Shown piece after piece: positions 28,271 through 39,027 of a stretch of DNA of 64,000 nt. Location of the stretch: assembly GCA_963664705.1 (NCBI GenBank), contig OY761556.1, forward strand, positions 6,656,001-6,720,000. Direction: 5' to 3'. Made by a program: the position numbers and the translations under genes. Source of the stretch: Acidobacteriota bacterium. Its GTDB lineage: Bacteria > Acidobacteriota > UBA6911. Each line of letters begins with the position of its first letter. Within the stretch, counting starts at the first letter, position 1. The notes beneath the pieces were generated by a model. It was not told the DNA's origin, ran no database searches, and saw nothing but the letters and a program-made list of their open reading frames with translations.

Positions 28271-30756
28271 TGGAGGAAATTCTCCATATCCTGTTGGTCG
28301 AGGATAATCCGGCAGAAGCATTTCTGCTGCAGGAATCGGTCGCGCAGGTGCAGAATCCGCCTGAAGTCATTCATGCCGAACGGCTGGATCAGGCGCTGAA
28401 GTTTTTGAAAGAAAAACCGATAGATGCCGTCCTCCTGGACTTGGCCCTGCCGGACAGCGAAGGGTTGTCAACGCTGGAGAAGGCGAACGCTGCCGCAGAC
28501 TACCTCCCCATTATCGTTTTGACCGGGCTCGAAGACGAAGCCGTTGCGATTGAAGCGGTGCGCAAAGGCGCGCAGGATTACCTGCTCAAAGGGCAGTCAG
28601 GCGCACGGCAGCTGATGCAGACCATATACCACGCGGTTGAACGCAAGCGGCTGGAAAGAGCGGTTTCCCAGGCTGCCCAGAAGAATCTGTTGCTGGCAGA
28701 GGCGTCTGCCGTAGTCGTGGGACAACGGGACTTGAAGGGATTGCTTGAAAAAGTGGCCGATGCGGCACGCGAGTTGACTGAAACACGCATCTGCTGCACC
28801 GGTGCGGGCTATGTCGACGGCCAATTTCGCATCCGTGCGGTATCCTGTTCGGCAGAGTCGTCTGATGGAGCTTTGAGCGGATACGGTTGCGATGGAGCCT
28901 ACCTGGGGCTTTTTGAACAGCGGGAAACCGTGCTTTTGTCCGCGACGGAGTGGAGTGAATACTGCCGACAGCGGGGCGTATCCGCCGAATTTGCCGGCAC
29001 AAACGGTTTCCTGGGCGCGAGGCTGGTGGATGCCGGCGGCCGTTCCGCCGGCGTAATCGTTGTCAGCGACCGGATGCAGGGCGGTGAGTTCAGCAAAGAA
29101 GATGAGGCATTGCTGAGGCAGTTAGCGCTGATCACATCGCTGGCGATGCAGCATATTGATTCGCGAACCGCAGCCGAGGCGGCCAGCATAGCCAAAAGCC
29201 AGTTCCTTGCCAATATGAGCCACGAATTGCGCACTCCCATGAATGCGATCCTGGGAATGACAGACCTGGCGCTGAATGAGCCGTTGCCTCCCTCCGTGCG
29301 GGATTGCCTGCAAACGGCAAGAGAATCCGCAGATGTCCTGCTGGAGCTTCTGAACCAGATTCTCGATCTGTCGCGCATCGAAGCGGGCCGTTTTGAACTT
29401 GAATCGACGGAATTCAGCATTCAGAAAACAGTCGAACACGTGATCAAGACTTTGCGAGTCCGGGCCAGCGCAAAGGGACTGGCCTTGATTTACAACCTGC
29501 CATCCGATGTGCCTGAGACCGTATCTGGAGACCCGCTGCGCTTCCGGCAAATTTTGATGAATCTGGTGGATAATGCCATCAAGTTTACGCAGGCCGGAAG
29601 AATTGCGGTGAAGGCGGAAATCCGCGAACAATCCAGGGGAGCGGTGACTCTGGAATTCATGGTGTCGGATACGGGCATTGGAATCTCTCCGGAGGATCAG
29701 AGCCGTATATTTATCGCGTTTACCCAGGCGGACGCTTCCACGACCCGCAATTATGGCGGGACTGGCCTGGGGCTCACGATTTCTCGCAAACTGGTTGAGT
29801 TGATGAACGGGCGGATCTGGGTCGAGAGCAAACCCAATCGCGGCAGCACATTCCATTTCACCGTCCGGCTGAAAGTACACGAGGGCGCGGCAACACAAAG
29901 GGATGAGCGCATGATTCCGCCTCGATCCGGAGTGTCCCGGCGCGCACTTCGCGTGCTTTTGGCCGAGGATACTCCCACCAATCAGAAGCTCGCCGAGTAT
30001 ATTCTTACCAGGCGGGGACACCGCGTTGAAATCGCGCAGAATGGACAACAGGCATGGGACATGCTGCAGCATTCCAATTACGATATCGTGTTGATGGATG
30101 TTCAGATGCCGGTCATGGATGGATTTCAGGCCACCGCAAAAATTCGAGCCTCTTCAGATCCGATAAAAGCGCAGATCCCGATTGTCGCCATGACCGCACA
30201 TGCGCTGAAAGGGGACGCGGAGCGCTGTCTGGCTGCGGGCATGGACGCCTATGTGAGCAAGCCAATCCAGCAGGAGGAATTTATCGAAATTGTGGAGGTC
30301 CTTGGAAATAGCGAGGAAGAACCACCCGCCGCAGCCTTGCAGCTTGTCTCAAACAGACCCCCGGAAATTGCAGAAACGCACGGGAAGGACGGGATGGTTT
30401 TTGATCTCAACGAAGCTGTCAGCCGGTGTTTCGGGAAATACGAATTCTTCCTGGAAATGGTCGCCTGCTTTTTCTGCGAAACGGATGACATGTTCCGGAC
30501 CCTGCGGGAAGCGCGAGCGCAGGAGAATGCGGAAGAAGTGAGAGCTATTGCGCACCGAATGAAAAATACCATTGTGTATCTCGGCGCCCGGCCCGCAACC
30601 CAGGCTATTCTGGAGGTGGAGAAGACAGCCAAGAACAAGGCGTTCCCGGAATTGGATCAGGCATTGAGTTGCCTGGACGCTGAACTGGAAAGGCTCAAGC
30701 AGGCTCTGGCGTCTTACCGGGGGCAGGATTCAAAAAAAACAAACTTGAGAGTTTAG
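28270..30756 (+). CDS. Hybrid histidine kinase (REC-GAF-HisKA-HATPase-REC-Hpt)
   Basis: FLANMSHELRTP, NLVDNAIKFT, DTGIG, GGTGLGL, LMDVQMP, AHRMK Hpt. Confidence 0.93.
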   Translation: MEEILHILLVEDNPAEAFLLQESVAQVQNPPEVIHAERLDQALKFLKEKPIDAVLLDLALPDSEGLSTLEKANAAADYLPIIVLTGLEDEAVAIEAVRKGAQDYLLKGQSGARQLMQTIYHAVERKRLERAVSQAAQKNLLLAEASAVVVGQRDLKGLLEKVADAARELTETRICCTGAGYVDGQFRIRAVSCSAESSDGALSGYGCDGAYLGLFEQRETVLLSATEWSEYCRQRGVSAEFAGTNGFLGARLVDAGGRSAGVIVVSDRMQGGEFSKEDEALLRQLALITSLAMQHIDSRTAAEAASIAKSQFLANMSHELRTPMNAILGMTDLALNEPLPPSVRDCLQTARESADVLLELLNQILDLSRIEAGRFELESTEFSIQKTVEHVIKTLRVRASAKGLALIYNLPSDVPETVSGDPLRFRQILMNLVDNAIKFTQAGRIAVKAEIREQSRGAVTLEFMVSDTGIGISPEDQSRIFIAFTQADASTTRNYGGTGLGLTISRKLVELMNGRIWVESKPNRGSTFHFTVRLKVHEGAATQRDERMIPPRSGVSRRALRVLLAEDTPTNQKLAEYILTRRGHRVEIAQNGQQAWDMLQHSNYDIVLMDVQMPVMDGFQATAKIRASSDPIKAQIPIVAMTAHALKGDAERCLAAGMDAYVSKPIQQEEFIEIVEVLGNSEEEPPAAALQLVSNRPPEIAETHGKDGMVFDLNEAVSRCFGKYEFFLEMVACFFCETDDMFRTLREARAQENAEEVRAIAHRMKNTIVYLGARPATQAILEVEKTAKNKAFPELDQALSCLDAELERLKQALASYRGQDSKKTNLRV

Positions 30757-30847
30757 AATTCGGAATGGGAGCCGTTGGAGTGCGGTGCCACCGCACTCCA
30801 ACGGGCTTCGTCCCTCGAAGCATTAGGCGAGACGGCAGCGCTCCCCG

Positions 30848-32206
30848 TTATTTTTCCAACACTTCATCTATCGTCACCAAATCCACCAGCCCCCGGCAGC
30901 CATACAAAACAGGAAGTATTTGTTCCGGAGGATATTTCCGGCGCAGAGCCGCTACTTTCTCCGTGCCCGCGCGGTAGGCGGGTAAACACATTCGGCCCAG
31001 AAGGGGATGCCGCCCCCAGGCTCCCGACAGCGATTTTGCCCGCTCTTCCGAAACGAGATAATCCCGGCGCAGCACCGCCGCGACCGCTCCCTGCTCCATG
31101 CCCTCCTGCCAAGTGAGCCAGGAAGCCTGGTTCTTGGCGTCGTCCTGAAGAAGCGCGAGGAGTACACCAATCTGCAGATCGGGTGCCGGGAGTTGATCCA
31201 CTTCGGTGACTCCATAGGCAATCAGGATTGCGTTGTTGGCCAATCCCTCAAACAGAGAGGCCGCGAGCGTATTCATCGTCAACACCGTGGCCTCAAATCC
31301 AACCTTCTCCCTTTCATACAGGTTCTGCAGAAATGCAAATGTTGTGACATGCCCGGGAACCACCTCGTGGCTGACGAGCTGCTGAAATTCAGGAACGGCT
31401 ATATGCAGTGATGCGTTGATTTCATAGCTGGCTTCGTATTCGGGGCTTCCATCAGCCCTTCGTGCCCGTCCCAGATAGTTCATGGATCCGGAAAACCACG
31501 CGCCGGTGATCGGCAGAAAGCGGATGTTTGCCATGGGCACCGAGTGAAAGGCCTTGGGAAGATGGGGTAACAGATTTTTTCGCGTCAACTGTTCCAGTTC
31601 GGCAATAAATGCGGAACCCAGAGCTGGGATAGAGCTGGTAGGAGTTGCGCGCTCCGCACGCCACGCATCCGCGGCCGCACACAATTCATCGCTGCCGGAG
31701 GAGGGATATCCGGCGCGATCCAACAATTCACGCACGCGCTTGCGTTTTGCAGAAGGATGGGAGGGTTGAGGTGCTGATCCCGTTGAGGCAAGGACGCATT
31801 GTTCATAGGAAACCCTGGGGCCTTTTCCGAGGCGTTCCATTGCGAGATCCCACATAACTTTAAAGCAGGGGATAAGACCTTGCAGATACGATCGTCTCTG
31901 CCGGGGAAATGCTTCGGCCTGTTCCGCCAGATCCTCGATGGCTCCCCGCACATCGACCACGTCAAGGAAAGATTCAATGGCGCTCCGGTCCAGCCTCTTT
32001 GCGCCAACGCCGCCGGCTTTGCGCAACTCTGCGGCCGCAGGGTGCGTGTAAGCCTCCGGCAAGGGGGCTCCTGAAAACCAGGAGTCGGCGATGAATCGTC
32101 CGGTTCCGGAAGGGTGCATGACATCGCCACCCCAGAGTGTGTCAATTCCAATAACGGCATCGGCAATCAGGCGATCGAGTTTTGTGACTTCCTTGACGGA
32201 CCCCAT
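30848..32206 (-). CDS. DUF885-like putative metalloprotein
   Basis: SHEVVPGH (HExxPGH) followed by FEGLA; GGAGG RBS. Confidence 0.6.
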   Translation of the reverse strand: MGSVKEVTKLDRLIADAVIGIDTLWGGDVMHPSGTGRFIADSWFSGAPLPEAYTHPAAAELRKAGGVGAKRLDRSAIESFLDVVDVRGAIEDLAEQAEAFPRQRRSYLQGLIPCFKVMWDLAMERLGKGPRVSYEQCVLASTGSAPQPSHPSAKRKRVRELLDRAGYPSSGSDELCAAADAWRAERATPTSSIPALGSAFIAELEQLTRKNLLPHLPKAFHSVPMANIRFLPITGAWFSGSMNYLGRARRADGSPEYEASYEINASLHIAVPEFQQLVSHEVVPGHVTTFAFLQNLYEREKVGFEATVLTMNTLAASLFEGLANNAILIAYGVTEVDQLPAPDLQIGVLLALLQDDAKNQASWLTWQEGMEQGAVAAVLRRDYLVSEERAKSLSGAWGRHPLLGRMCLPAYRAGTEKVAALRRKYPPEQILPVLYGCRGLVDLVTIDEVLEK

Positions 32207-32481
32207 TTCAACCCCTCCTTGTGTATACAACCAGGTTATTGGCTCGAAGACACGAGGATACTGAGCGACGGTCACGAGAACAGGAATTGGAGCCACTTCC
32301 GGAAAACTAGTAATTCTGATTTAAAGCGTTGAAGTCATTATAGCAGGGAAAGATATTCAAGTCTGCAGCTTTGAGCACTGGCGCGGGTTTGGAGTCCATG
32401 GCACATAAAAGAAATCTAATGTCCCGCCGGGCCGCGCGCTTTACAGGCGTGTTTGCAAGCGCCATCCTCCAATAGGAATTA

Positions 32482-34371
32482 TCATTTTGCGATGGCAACC
32501 GATTGGATGAAACCCGCGAACTCCTGCCCTGTAACAGTCAGATACTCAATCTCGACTCGACTGCCCGGCAACTCTTCGCAGGGTTCAAAGCCGGTTTTGC
32601 CAGGCGCGCCCACGGCGTAGTACTGGACCTTGTAGTAATTTTCGGCGCGCAGCATCTTTTGTTTTCCGGCCGATTCAAGAACAACAATCATCGTGGCGGG
32701 GAAGTCGCAATAAACGGATTTGACGATTCCCGCGACTTTAGCGGCGGGCCCTTTTTTTACTCCCGACAGATCGGGTTTGGGCGGTGCGGGGGGCAAAGGT
32801 TCTTCCTGGCGCTGCCGTTCGAGCTGGGCAACTCTCCGGGCATATTCCTCCTGCTCCCGCCTTTGAAATTCCTCCTCCTGCGACTGCTTGCGTCGATTGG
32901 ACTCGAGCACCCATTCCTGGTGCTTCTTGATTCCGAATAGGATCGACTCGGCCAGGTTCTTCTCTGCGTCTGTTTTTGCCAGCTTGAGAACATCTTCCGC
33001 GATGCGGGAGGCTTCGTCATATCGTTCCATGGCGGCCAGCACCTGGCTTTCATTGATGCGGTACCTCAATTCGGCCGGTTCGAGTGCGGAAGCTTTCCGG
33101 GTCAGGGCAAGAGCTTCCGGCAGTTTCGTTTTCTGCATGGTCAGAATCTGGGCCAGCATATTGATGCCCGGCACGAACTCGGGATTCAAAGCGAGTGCGG
33201 CGCGAAGATATTGTTCGGCTGCGGAATAGTTCCTTCCGTTTTCAAACTCCATTTGTGCGGCATAAAATTGTGCCAGCAGACTCCTGGAATTCTGCCTTGC
33301 CGCCGAGAGAAAGAAACCGCGGGCTTTATCTCGGCTCCCAAGTCTTAACTGCAGCAGGCCCATGCCTTCGTTGGCTTCAGCGTTTTGGGCATCCAATTGA
33401 AGCGATCGCTCCAGCATTGCCTGGGCATCGGGCAGGCGATTCGAACTGACAAGAAACTGCCCCCGCAGCGCTGTTGATTCAGCTTCGGTCAATGTTTTTA
33501 GTCCGTATTCCTCCTCCCTCATCCCCAGCTTTGCCGGCACCTGGTAGGCATAGAAAGCGAGGTCATTGATGTAGCTGCCCAGTTTTTTCTCCAGGCTGCT
33601 CATGTCGCCAAAGGCCTGGGTCGCAGCCTGCTCATCCGGAACGCCCTTCAGCAGCAATGTCAGGAAGGAAGCCATCTGCTCCCGATGCGCTCCCTTGTCT
33701 CCAATCATGAGGTAGTGTGTAAGAGCCCACGATTGGGCATAAAAGACCTGGGCCTTCTCCTGCTGGTTGTAATGCGGGGAATCGCTGCTGATGCTCATCA
33801 GCGTGGAGAGCGGGATCATGGAGAGTCGCTTCAAAGTTTGAATCAATTCCGGGCTTGCCATCCCCAGCGTCGATTCCCCTTCGCCGATCTTTGCATAGGA
33901 AAAAAATTCGGCAAGTCCTTCCATGAGCCAGAGCGGCAGCTTCCCAAAATTCAGTCCCATGACCTTATGAACATATTCATGATAGATGACGTGAAATGCT
34001 CTTTCCTCGGGAAGGTCGAGTCGGACCGCAACAAAACTTCTTTCAGGATTGCCGAGAAACACGCCGGACCACTCCGCCGCATCCTTTCCCTGTCGTATGG
34101 GAAGAAGAGATTTCAGCCCTTTCAGGTCGCGGGTCGCGAAGATTTCGAGCGGGGCACCCGAGTCGACTTTCAGATTGGGCTGCCACGCCTGGAGCAGGAG
34201 GCGGAACTGTTCGAAGGATCGGGCTGTGCGCCGGGCTTGAGACTGGCTTGCATTGCTGATGACGATGAAATTCGGGCTCTGCACCTCGATCCATGATTCC
34301 TCTTCGGATATGCCTGTTGCAGGTAAGATCAGCCACACCAGGCTGCACAATATCCACGCTCGCAGATGCAT
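32482..34371 (-). CDS. Secreted DUF1570/gluzincin-like domain plus TPR repeats
   Basis: Signal peptide; HEYVH..WLMEGLAE; YAQSWALTHY; TPR helices. Confidence 0.78.
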   Translation of the reverse strand: MHLRAWILCSLVWLILPATGISEEESWIEVQSPNFIVISNASQSQARRTARSFEQFRLLLQAWQPNLKVDSGAPLEIFATRDLKGLKSLLPIRQGKDAAEWSGVFLGNPERSFVAVRLDLPEERAFHVIYHEYVHKVMGLNFGKLPLWLMEGLAEFFSYAKIGEGESTLGMASPELIQTLKRLSMIPLSTLMSISSDSPHYNQQEKAQVFYAQSWALTHYLMIGDKGAHREQMASFLTLLLKGVPDEQAATQAFGDMSSLEKKLGSYINDLAFYAYQVPAKLGMREEEYGLKTLTEAESTALRGQFLVSSNRLPDAQAMLERSLQLDAQNAEANEGMGLLQLRLGSRDKARGFFLSAARQNSRSLLAQFYAAQMEFENGRNYSAAEQYLRAALALNPEFVPGINMLAQILTMQKTKLPEALALTRKASALEPAELRYRINESQVLAAMERYDEASRIAEDVLKLAKTDAEKNLAESILFGIKKHQEWVLESNRRKQSQEEEFQRREQEEYARRVAQLERQRQEEPLPPAPPKPDLSGVKKGPAAKVAGIVKSVYCDFPATMIVVLESAGKQKMLRAENYYKVQYYAVGAPGKTGFEPCEELPGSRVEIEYLTVTGQEFAGFIQSVAIAK

Positions 34372-34407
34372 AGAGCTTCCTCAGGTAAACCGATGGTGAT
34401 CCGGGAA

Positions 34408-35031
34408 CTACGAGTCCGCAATCAGAGCGGCAATTCCAAGCCAGAGTTGATAGGTTCCCAGCCCCGCCAGTGCAACGGACGATATTCCGGTCAGGCTTTT
34501 CCTTATCCCGGGTGCGAGTTTCCTCGCGGTTGCAAAGAGAACAACCATCGCAATCATTGTTCCTATCATCGTAACATAGAAGCCGAGCAGCGGCACAAGT
34601 CCCATGGAAGCCGATTTCTTCCAGCCGCCCAGAACGATGGGGCCCAGAACAATGCTCCAGGAAAGATAGACATTGGGATTAAACCAGTTCACTACAGCGG
34701 CTTTCCATAAATTATCCGAGCCGGTATTGACCGACGTCGGACCGGTTGCATCGTTCGCCGCCCAGGATCTATAGGCTCCATGCGCAAGATAGAAGATAAA
34801 CAGGCCTCCGGGAATCCTCAGGAGTTCAACCGAACTTGATGGGACCTGGCTCAGAATTGCCAGGACAAGAATGGCAATCGGTCCGTCGCTGATCAGCGGC
34901 GAAAAGGCAACGGGAAGGGCACGGCGCCATCCGGCCGCCATCGCCTGGGAGATAAGATAGATAGCCAGCGGACCGGGAGTAACCGCGGCGGCAAATCCAT
35001 AAGCAATTGCCGGAATCACAGATGAAAGCAT
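34408..35031 (-). CDS. LysE family translocator
   Basis: TPGP motif, VNWFNP, 6 TM segments. Confidence 0.85.
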   Translation of the reverse strand: MLSSVIPAIAYGFAAAVTPGPLAIYLISQAMAAGWRRALPVAFSPLISDGPIAILVLAILSQVPSSSVELLRIPGGLFIFYLAHGAYRSWAANDATGPTSVNTGSDNLWKAAVVNWFNPNVYLSWSIVLGPIVLGGWKKSASMGLVPLLGFYVTMIGTMIAMVVLFATARKLAPGIRKSLTGISSVALAGLGTYQLWLGIAALIADS

Positions 35032-35234
35032 TCGTTAAGCTCGCTGAAAAGGAACAGGTATATCATGATCAAAGATAGAAAATGAAGCGCACATCGGGAG
35101 TATTCGACAGGAGATTCCAGGCACTGGAGGGGGGCCGTCTCTCCGGCAAGGTGTGTGGCTGCTTGCATGGTGCTGGCTGCCGGGACAGCTACGGCTGCAT
35201 ATTATTTGTTTGAATCCCTGGGACGCGAGCGAAG

Positions 35235-35422
35235 CACCAGGCCCGGAGGGCCGAAAGAGAGTAGCCGGAGGTGAGCGCTTTTTGCGAACCCCCGGTAGAG
35301 ATAAGCGCGAGAAAGAGCCCTGAAGGGACGAAAGATCGGCATTCTGCCGCCCCCTTTGGGGCTTGCTACTGGTCTAATCAAAATCCAGGCGTTCGCTGCG
35401 CTTCGCCCCTTCGGGCCTGGCG
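35235..35422. repeat. REP/REPIN/MITE-like palindromic element, copy 1
   Basis: Terminal inverted CCAGGCCCGGAGGG..GAA / TTC..CCCTTCGGGCCTGG; internal segments shared with 41124-41456. Confidence 0.7.
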
Positions 35423-35496
35423 CTTCACTCGCGCCGCAGAGCTCAGAACAATTAGCATGCGGCATTAGTCGGGGCGGCGGCGATTCCAGTGGGGAT

Positions 35497-36483
35497 TCAG
35501 TGCAACACTTGCCGACGGGACGATCGTGCTCCCAGTTGCCCGATTTTTTGCGACAAGGCAAAGAGGTGTCCGACTTTTAACAATCCTCCGATGCGGTAAT
35601 TTGCCAGACCTGCAAAGCCTGCGGCCGCAATGCAGCCGCATTCGCTGCACTCCGGCTGTCCTCCAATCTGGCAGGGCCGAACCGGCGTGTCGAGGTCAGC
35701 TGCGACGCATTGTGTGATCTGGGCAAAGAGACATTCAGCCGGTGATTTTGGAGGCGTGCGCATGCCATCGAGCAAAATGTCCGGCGCATGTACTTTGGGA
35801 TATCCGGTTCGCAGTCTGGCAATTTCGTGAATGGCTTTCCTGCGCTGCTCCGGGTTAAGCCTTTGCCTGGAAGCATCCTCTCGTTGCGGTGTGAAAAGGC
35901 TGAACCATATTTTGCGGGCGCTTGCCTGCGCGGACCACAGGGAGACAAATTCCTCGAGGTAGCCGGGGTCATCAAGAAACTGGGGCAGAACGGTGCAATG
36001 GATAATGACGCGGTGCCCCTGTATGTTTTTCAGTATGCGTTCATAGGTAGCGGGGAATCGCCGCGCATCATGGTCGGAGGTCAATCCGTCCACAGAAACA
36101 ACCAAGTGAAGATTGGGAATCCTTGCCCATTCTTCCGGGATGGGTCGAACCGCGCTGGTAACGATTTGCACTTCGATCCCCCGTGTGTTGAGCTGCGGGA
36201 TCACCTCATTTAGCTCCCGGTGGCGCAACAGTGGTTCTCCTCCCACAAAGGAGACATGCAGCGGGCGGCACGCCCGGATCAGTGCGAGCGTTTTTCCCAC
36301 AAGTTCTCCCCCTTGCCATTCGGAAAGCTCGCGCATAGTCTGCCCATTGCCCAGGTGAGCCGAATCGAATGCATAACAGCCGGGGCAGCGGAGCGGACAT
36401 TGTTTGGTAATTTCGACTGAAAGAAAGGGCCGGTATCCACGGAGAATACACGCCCATGCGGGAAGAATGGCGCTGGCACGCAT
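35497..36483 (-). CDS. Radical SAM protein
   Basis: CPLRCPGC (CxxxCxxC), VGGEPLL, VSVDG; C-terminal Cys cluster. Confidence 0.88.
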   Translation of the reverse strand: MRASAILPAWACILRGYRPFLSVEITKQCPLRCPGCYAFDSAHLGNGQTMRELSEWQGGELVGKTLALIRACRPLHVSFVGGEPLLRHRELNEVIPQLNTRGIEVQIVTSAVRPIPEEWARIPNLHLVVSVDGLTSDHDARRFPATYERILKNIQGHRVIIHCTVLPQFLDDPGYLEEFVSLWSAQASARKIWFSLFTPQREDASRQRLNPEQRRKAIHEIARLRTGYPKVHAPDILLDGMRTPPKSPAECLFAQITQCVAADLDTPVRPCQIGGQPECSECGCIAAAGFAGLANYRIGGLLKVGHLFALSQKIGQLGARSSRRQVLH

Positions 36484-36519
36484 CGGATGATTTCCTTCCT
36501 TTAGGGGGGGTAAACCTGG

Positions 36520-37818
36520 TTACTCTCCAAAACTTCCGGTTGTTCCGCGAAATCCGTTCAGAGCCTGTTTCAATGTCCAGCGGATAGCGCGGCTGGCATG
36601 GTAGCAGTAAGCCAGATTATGGTTCAGCGTTGAGAAACAATGGGGCTGACATTCCCGTTTCAGCTGGCGGAGCTGCTCATGTTGGAATTGTGGATTCCTG
36701 ACAACACCCCAGTCGTGGCTGGCTGAATACATCGGGAAGCATGGCCCCAGTGTCCCGTCAGTTCGAATGATCAGGGAGTTTTGTCCCGCACGGCAGTCCC
36801 AATCCTGCAGTTTGCCCCGCATAAACTGTTTCATCTCCTCAAGACGATGCACTGAATTGACCATTTTGTAGCCCGAGCGATTTTTGTCGATCAGCCAGTC
36901 GATCAATGCATCCACTTCAGGCCAGTCCTCCCGCATGATGAAGGTATTGTTACGATCGTTGTGCCGGAAGTGCGGCTGATCCAGCATTGGAGATTCGTTG
37001 ATGTGATAATCGGTGGCAATCCCGTTGTCGTGCGCAATTTCCGTGAGCTGCCTTACATCGTTCAGGTTAATGCGCGTGATGTTGATGTTGAAGAAAACGC
37101 TGAAGCCGTAGACGTATTGTTTCTTTAAAAGGTATCTGAAATACGGCAGGATCGGATTCAGGGCTTTCGGTAACTCCACACGATCGTCGACCGAATCGAC
37201 CGCCAGATTGACGGTAGCGACTCCTGCGTCCCCCAGCCGATCGATAACTTCCTCGCGCAGCAGCCGCCCATTTGTGGGGACGTAGACCCAGAATCCCCTT
37301 TTCGCTGCGGCATACACAACTTTGTGGGCGAACCCGGGACGGAGCAGCACTTCGCCTCCCATGAGGGCGAGCACGCGGCATCCTGTGTCGTGCAGCCAGT
37401 CGATCGATCTCCTGGCAATATCCTCTGTCATCCCCTGAACTCTGTTGTTAAAAGCCCAGCAATAATGACAGTCCAGGTTGCATTTCCATTCTGTGAAAAG
37501 GTACGCAATGATGGGGTGCAGGTCTCCGGGTGCAAGCCTGGACCGCACATAGGGATAAAGCCAGCCACGCAATGCGCGCCTCAGGATGAATGGAGTGATG
37601 CGTGTACGATAGGGGTTTCCATTCGATGGGATGTACCTGGTGTCGGGTTCCACATTGCCCAGCAGTTCCGGGTATTGAGGGAATACCGGTTCAGGCAAGG
37701 CCGTGGTGTTTTCCGGTACCGGCGATTCCAATTTTTGAACTCCCTTTAGCTGATCGAGGGCCTTGCGGGCCAGCCTGAAATGCGGTTCAGGCGCTGCCGT
37801 CGATTTATGCTCTAACAT
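36520..37818 (-). CDS. Radical SAM protein with twitch/SPASM-like C-terminus
   Basis: CNLDCHYC, MGGE, TNG; CRAG..DGTLGPC..C..C; AAGGAG RBS. Confidence 0.88.
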   Translation of the reverse strand: MLEHKSTAAPEPHFRLARKALDQLKGVQKLESPVPENTTALPEPVFPQYPELLGNVEPDTRYIPSNGNPYRTRITPFILRRALRGWLYPYVRSRLAPGDLHPIIAYLFTEWKCNLDCHYCWAFNNRVQGMTEDIARRSIDWLHDTGCRVLALMGGEVLLRPGFAHKVVYAAAKRGFWVYVPTNGRLLREEVIDRLGDAGVATVNLAVDSVDDRVELPKALNPILPYFRYLLKKQYVYGFSVFFNINITRINLNDVRQLTEIAHDNGIATDYHINESPMLDQPHFRHNDRNNTFIMREDWPEVDALIDWLIDKNRSGYKMVNSVHRLEEMKQFMRGKLQDWDCRAGQNSLIIRTDGTLGPCFPMYSASHDWGVVRNPQFQHEQLRQLKRECQPHCFSTLNHNLAYCYHASRAIRWTLKQALNGFRGTTGSFGE

Positions 37819-38054
37819 GAGATGCAATCTCCTTGCAGGTCGGATGAGCGGGGGGCAGGAATAACAAGCTTGAAAATAAAATATAAGAACGAGGCAAAAA
37901 TACAAGGACCTATTTGAATCGAAATCTGAAATTTCTTTCAGGCTCAAAGCTCCGATTAGCTAGGGTCTTGCCGGGGCTTTCGGTGGAAAAAGATTGTTTG
38001 AATATACCCGGGACATCATAATGCCGTGCGAAATCATTCTATGGAGGTGCGGCT

Positions 38055-38885
38055 GTGAAAATTGCGGATCTCTTCAAAGTGGAAGGATACGGAGTTGTCA
38101 TCACGGGTGGCGGAAGCGGGATAGGCTTGGGCTATGCGGAAGCGCTCGCCGCGAACGGCGCACGCGTAACGATCCTCGATGTGGATTCCAAGCGCGTGGA
38201 AGCGGAGGCGAAACGGCTGTCCGGGGCCGGATATGACGTTCGCGGGCAGGTCGTAGATGTCACGGATCATAACGGGCTGGATGCCGCTATCGATGAGGCC
38301 GTGCGTATTTACGGGAGACTCGATGTCGTTTTTGCCAATGCGGGCATCGATCCCGGTGTCGGATTTATCGGCGGATGGCCTGGCAATGAACGGCCTCGCG
38401 TTCCGGAAGGCGCGCTGGAAAACTATACCGACGAGCGGTGGAACCGCCTGATTGAGATCAACCTGAATGGCGTGTTTGCAACGGTTCGTGCGGCCGTTCG
38501 GCATATGAGGCCGCGAAAGTCCGGGCGCATCATCATTACGACTTCGCTGGCATCAACTCGCGTGGAGCCCGCCATTGGAGCCGCTTATATGGCTGCCAAA
38601 GCCGGATCGGCAAATTTCATGAAAAGCGTGGCCCTGGAGCTTGCGGCATACAACATCACGGTTAATGCGATTGCGCCTGGCTACATTGTTACCAATATCG
38701 GCGGAGGGCATGCTCATGATCCTGTCGAGCAGAAAGCCGTGGCATCCACAATACCCATGCATCGCGTTGGCTTTCCGGAAGATATGCAGGGGTTGGCGCT
38801 CTTCTTTGCATCCCATGCCTCTGATTACATCACCGGTCAGGAAGTAATCGTGGATGGCGGTCAACACATCGGCGTGGCGGACTGA
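38055..38885 (+). CDS. SDR family oxidoreductase
   Basis: TGGGSGIG, ANAG, YMAAK, VNAIAPG, TGQ..VDGG. Confidence 0.93.
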   Translation: MKIADLFKVEGYGVVITGGGSGIGLGYAEALAANGARVTILDVDSKRVEAEAKRLSGAGYDVRGQVVDVTDHNGLDAAIDEAVRIYGRLDVVFANAGIDPGVGFIGGWPGNERPRVPEGALENYTDERWNRLIEINLNGVFATVRAAVRHMRPRKSGRIIITTSLASTRVEPAIGAAYMAAKAGSANFMKSVALELAAYNITVNAIAPGYIVTNIGGGHAHDPVEQKAVASTIPMHRVGFPEDMQGLALFFASHASDYITGQEVIVDGGQHIGVAD

Positions 38886-39027
38886 TTCTGCCTGCCGGAA
38901 GCGCTGGCGCCTCGCCGGCGCTTCCAGTGCGCTCTTTCGCTATTCCCGGAAGGATCTTCTGCCGATATTACAAGTGAATCAATGATCGGCTTGAGATTCG
39001 ACTGAAGATTGGCCGAAGGAGGCAGGA

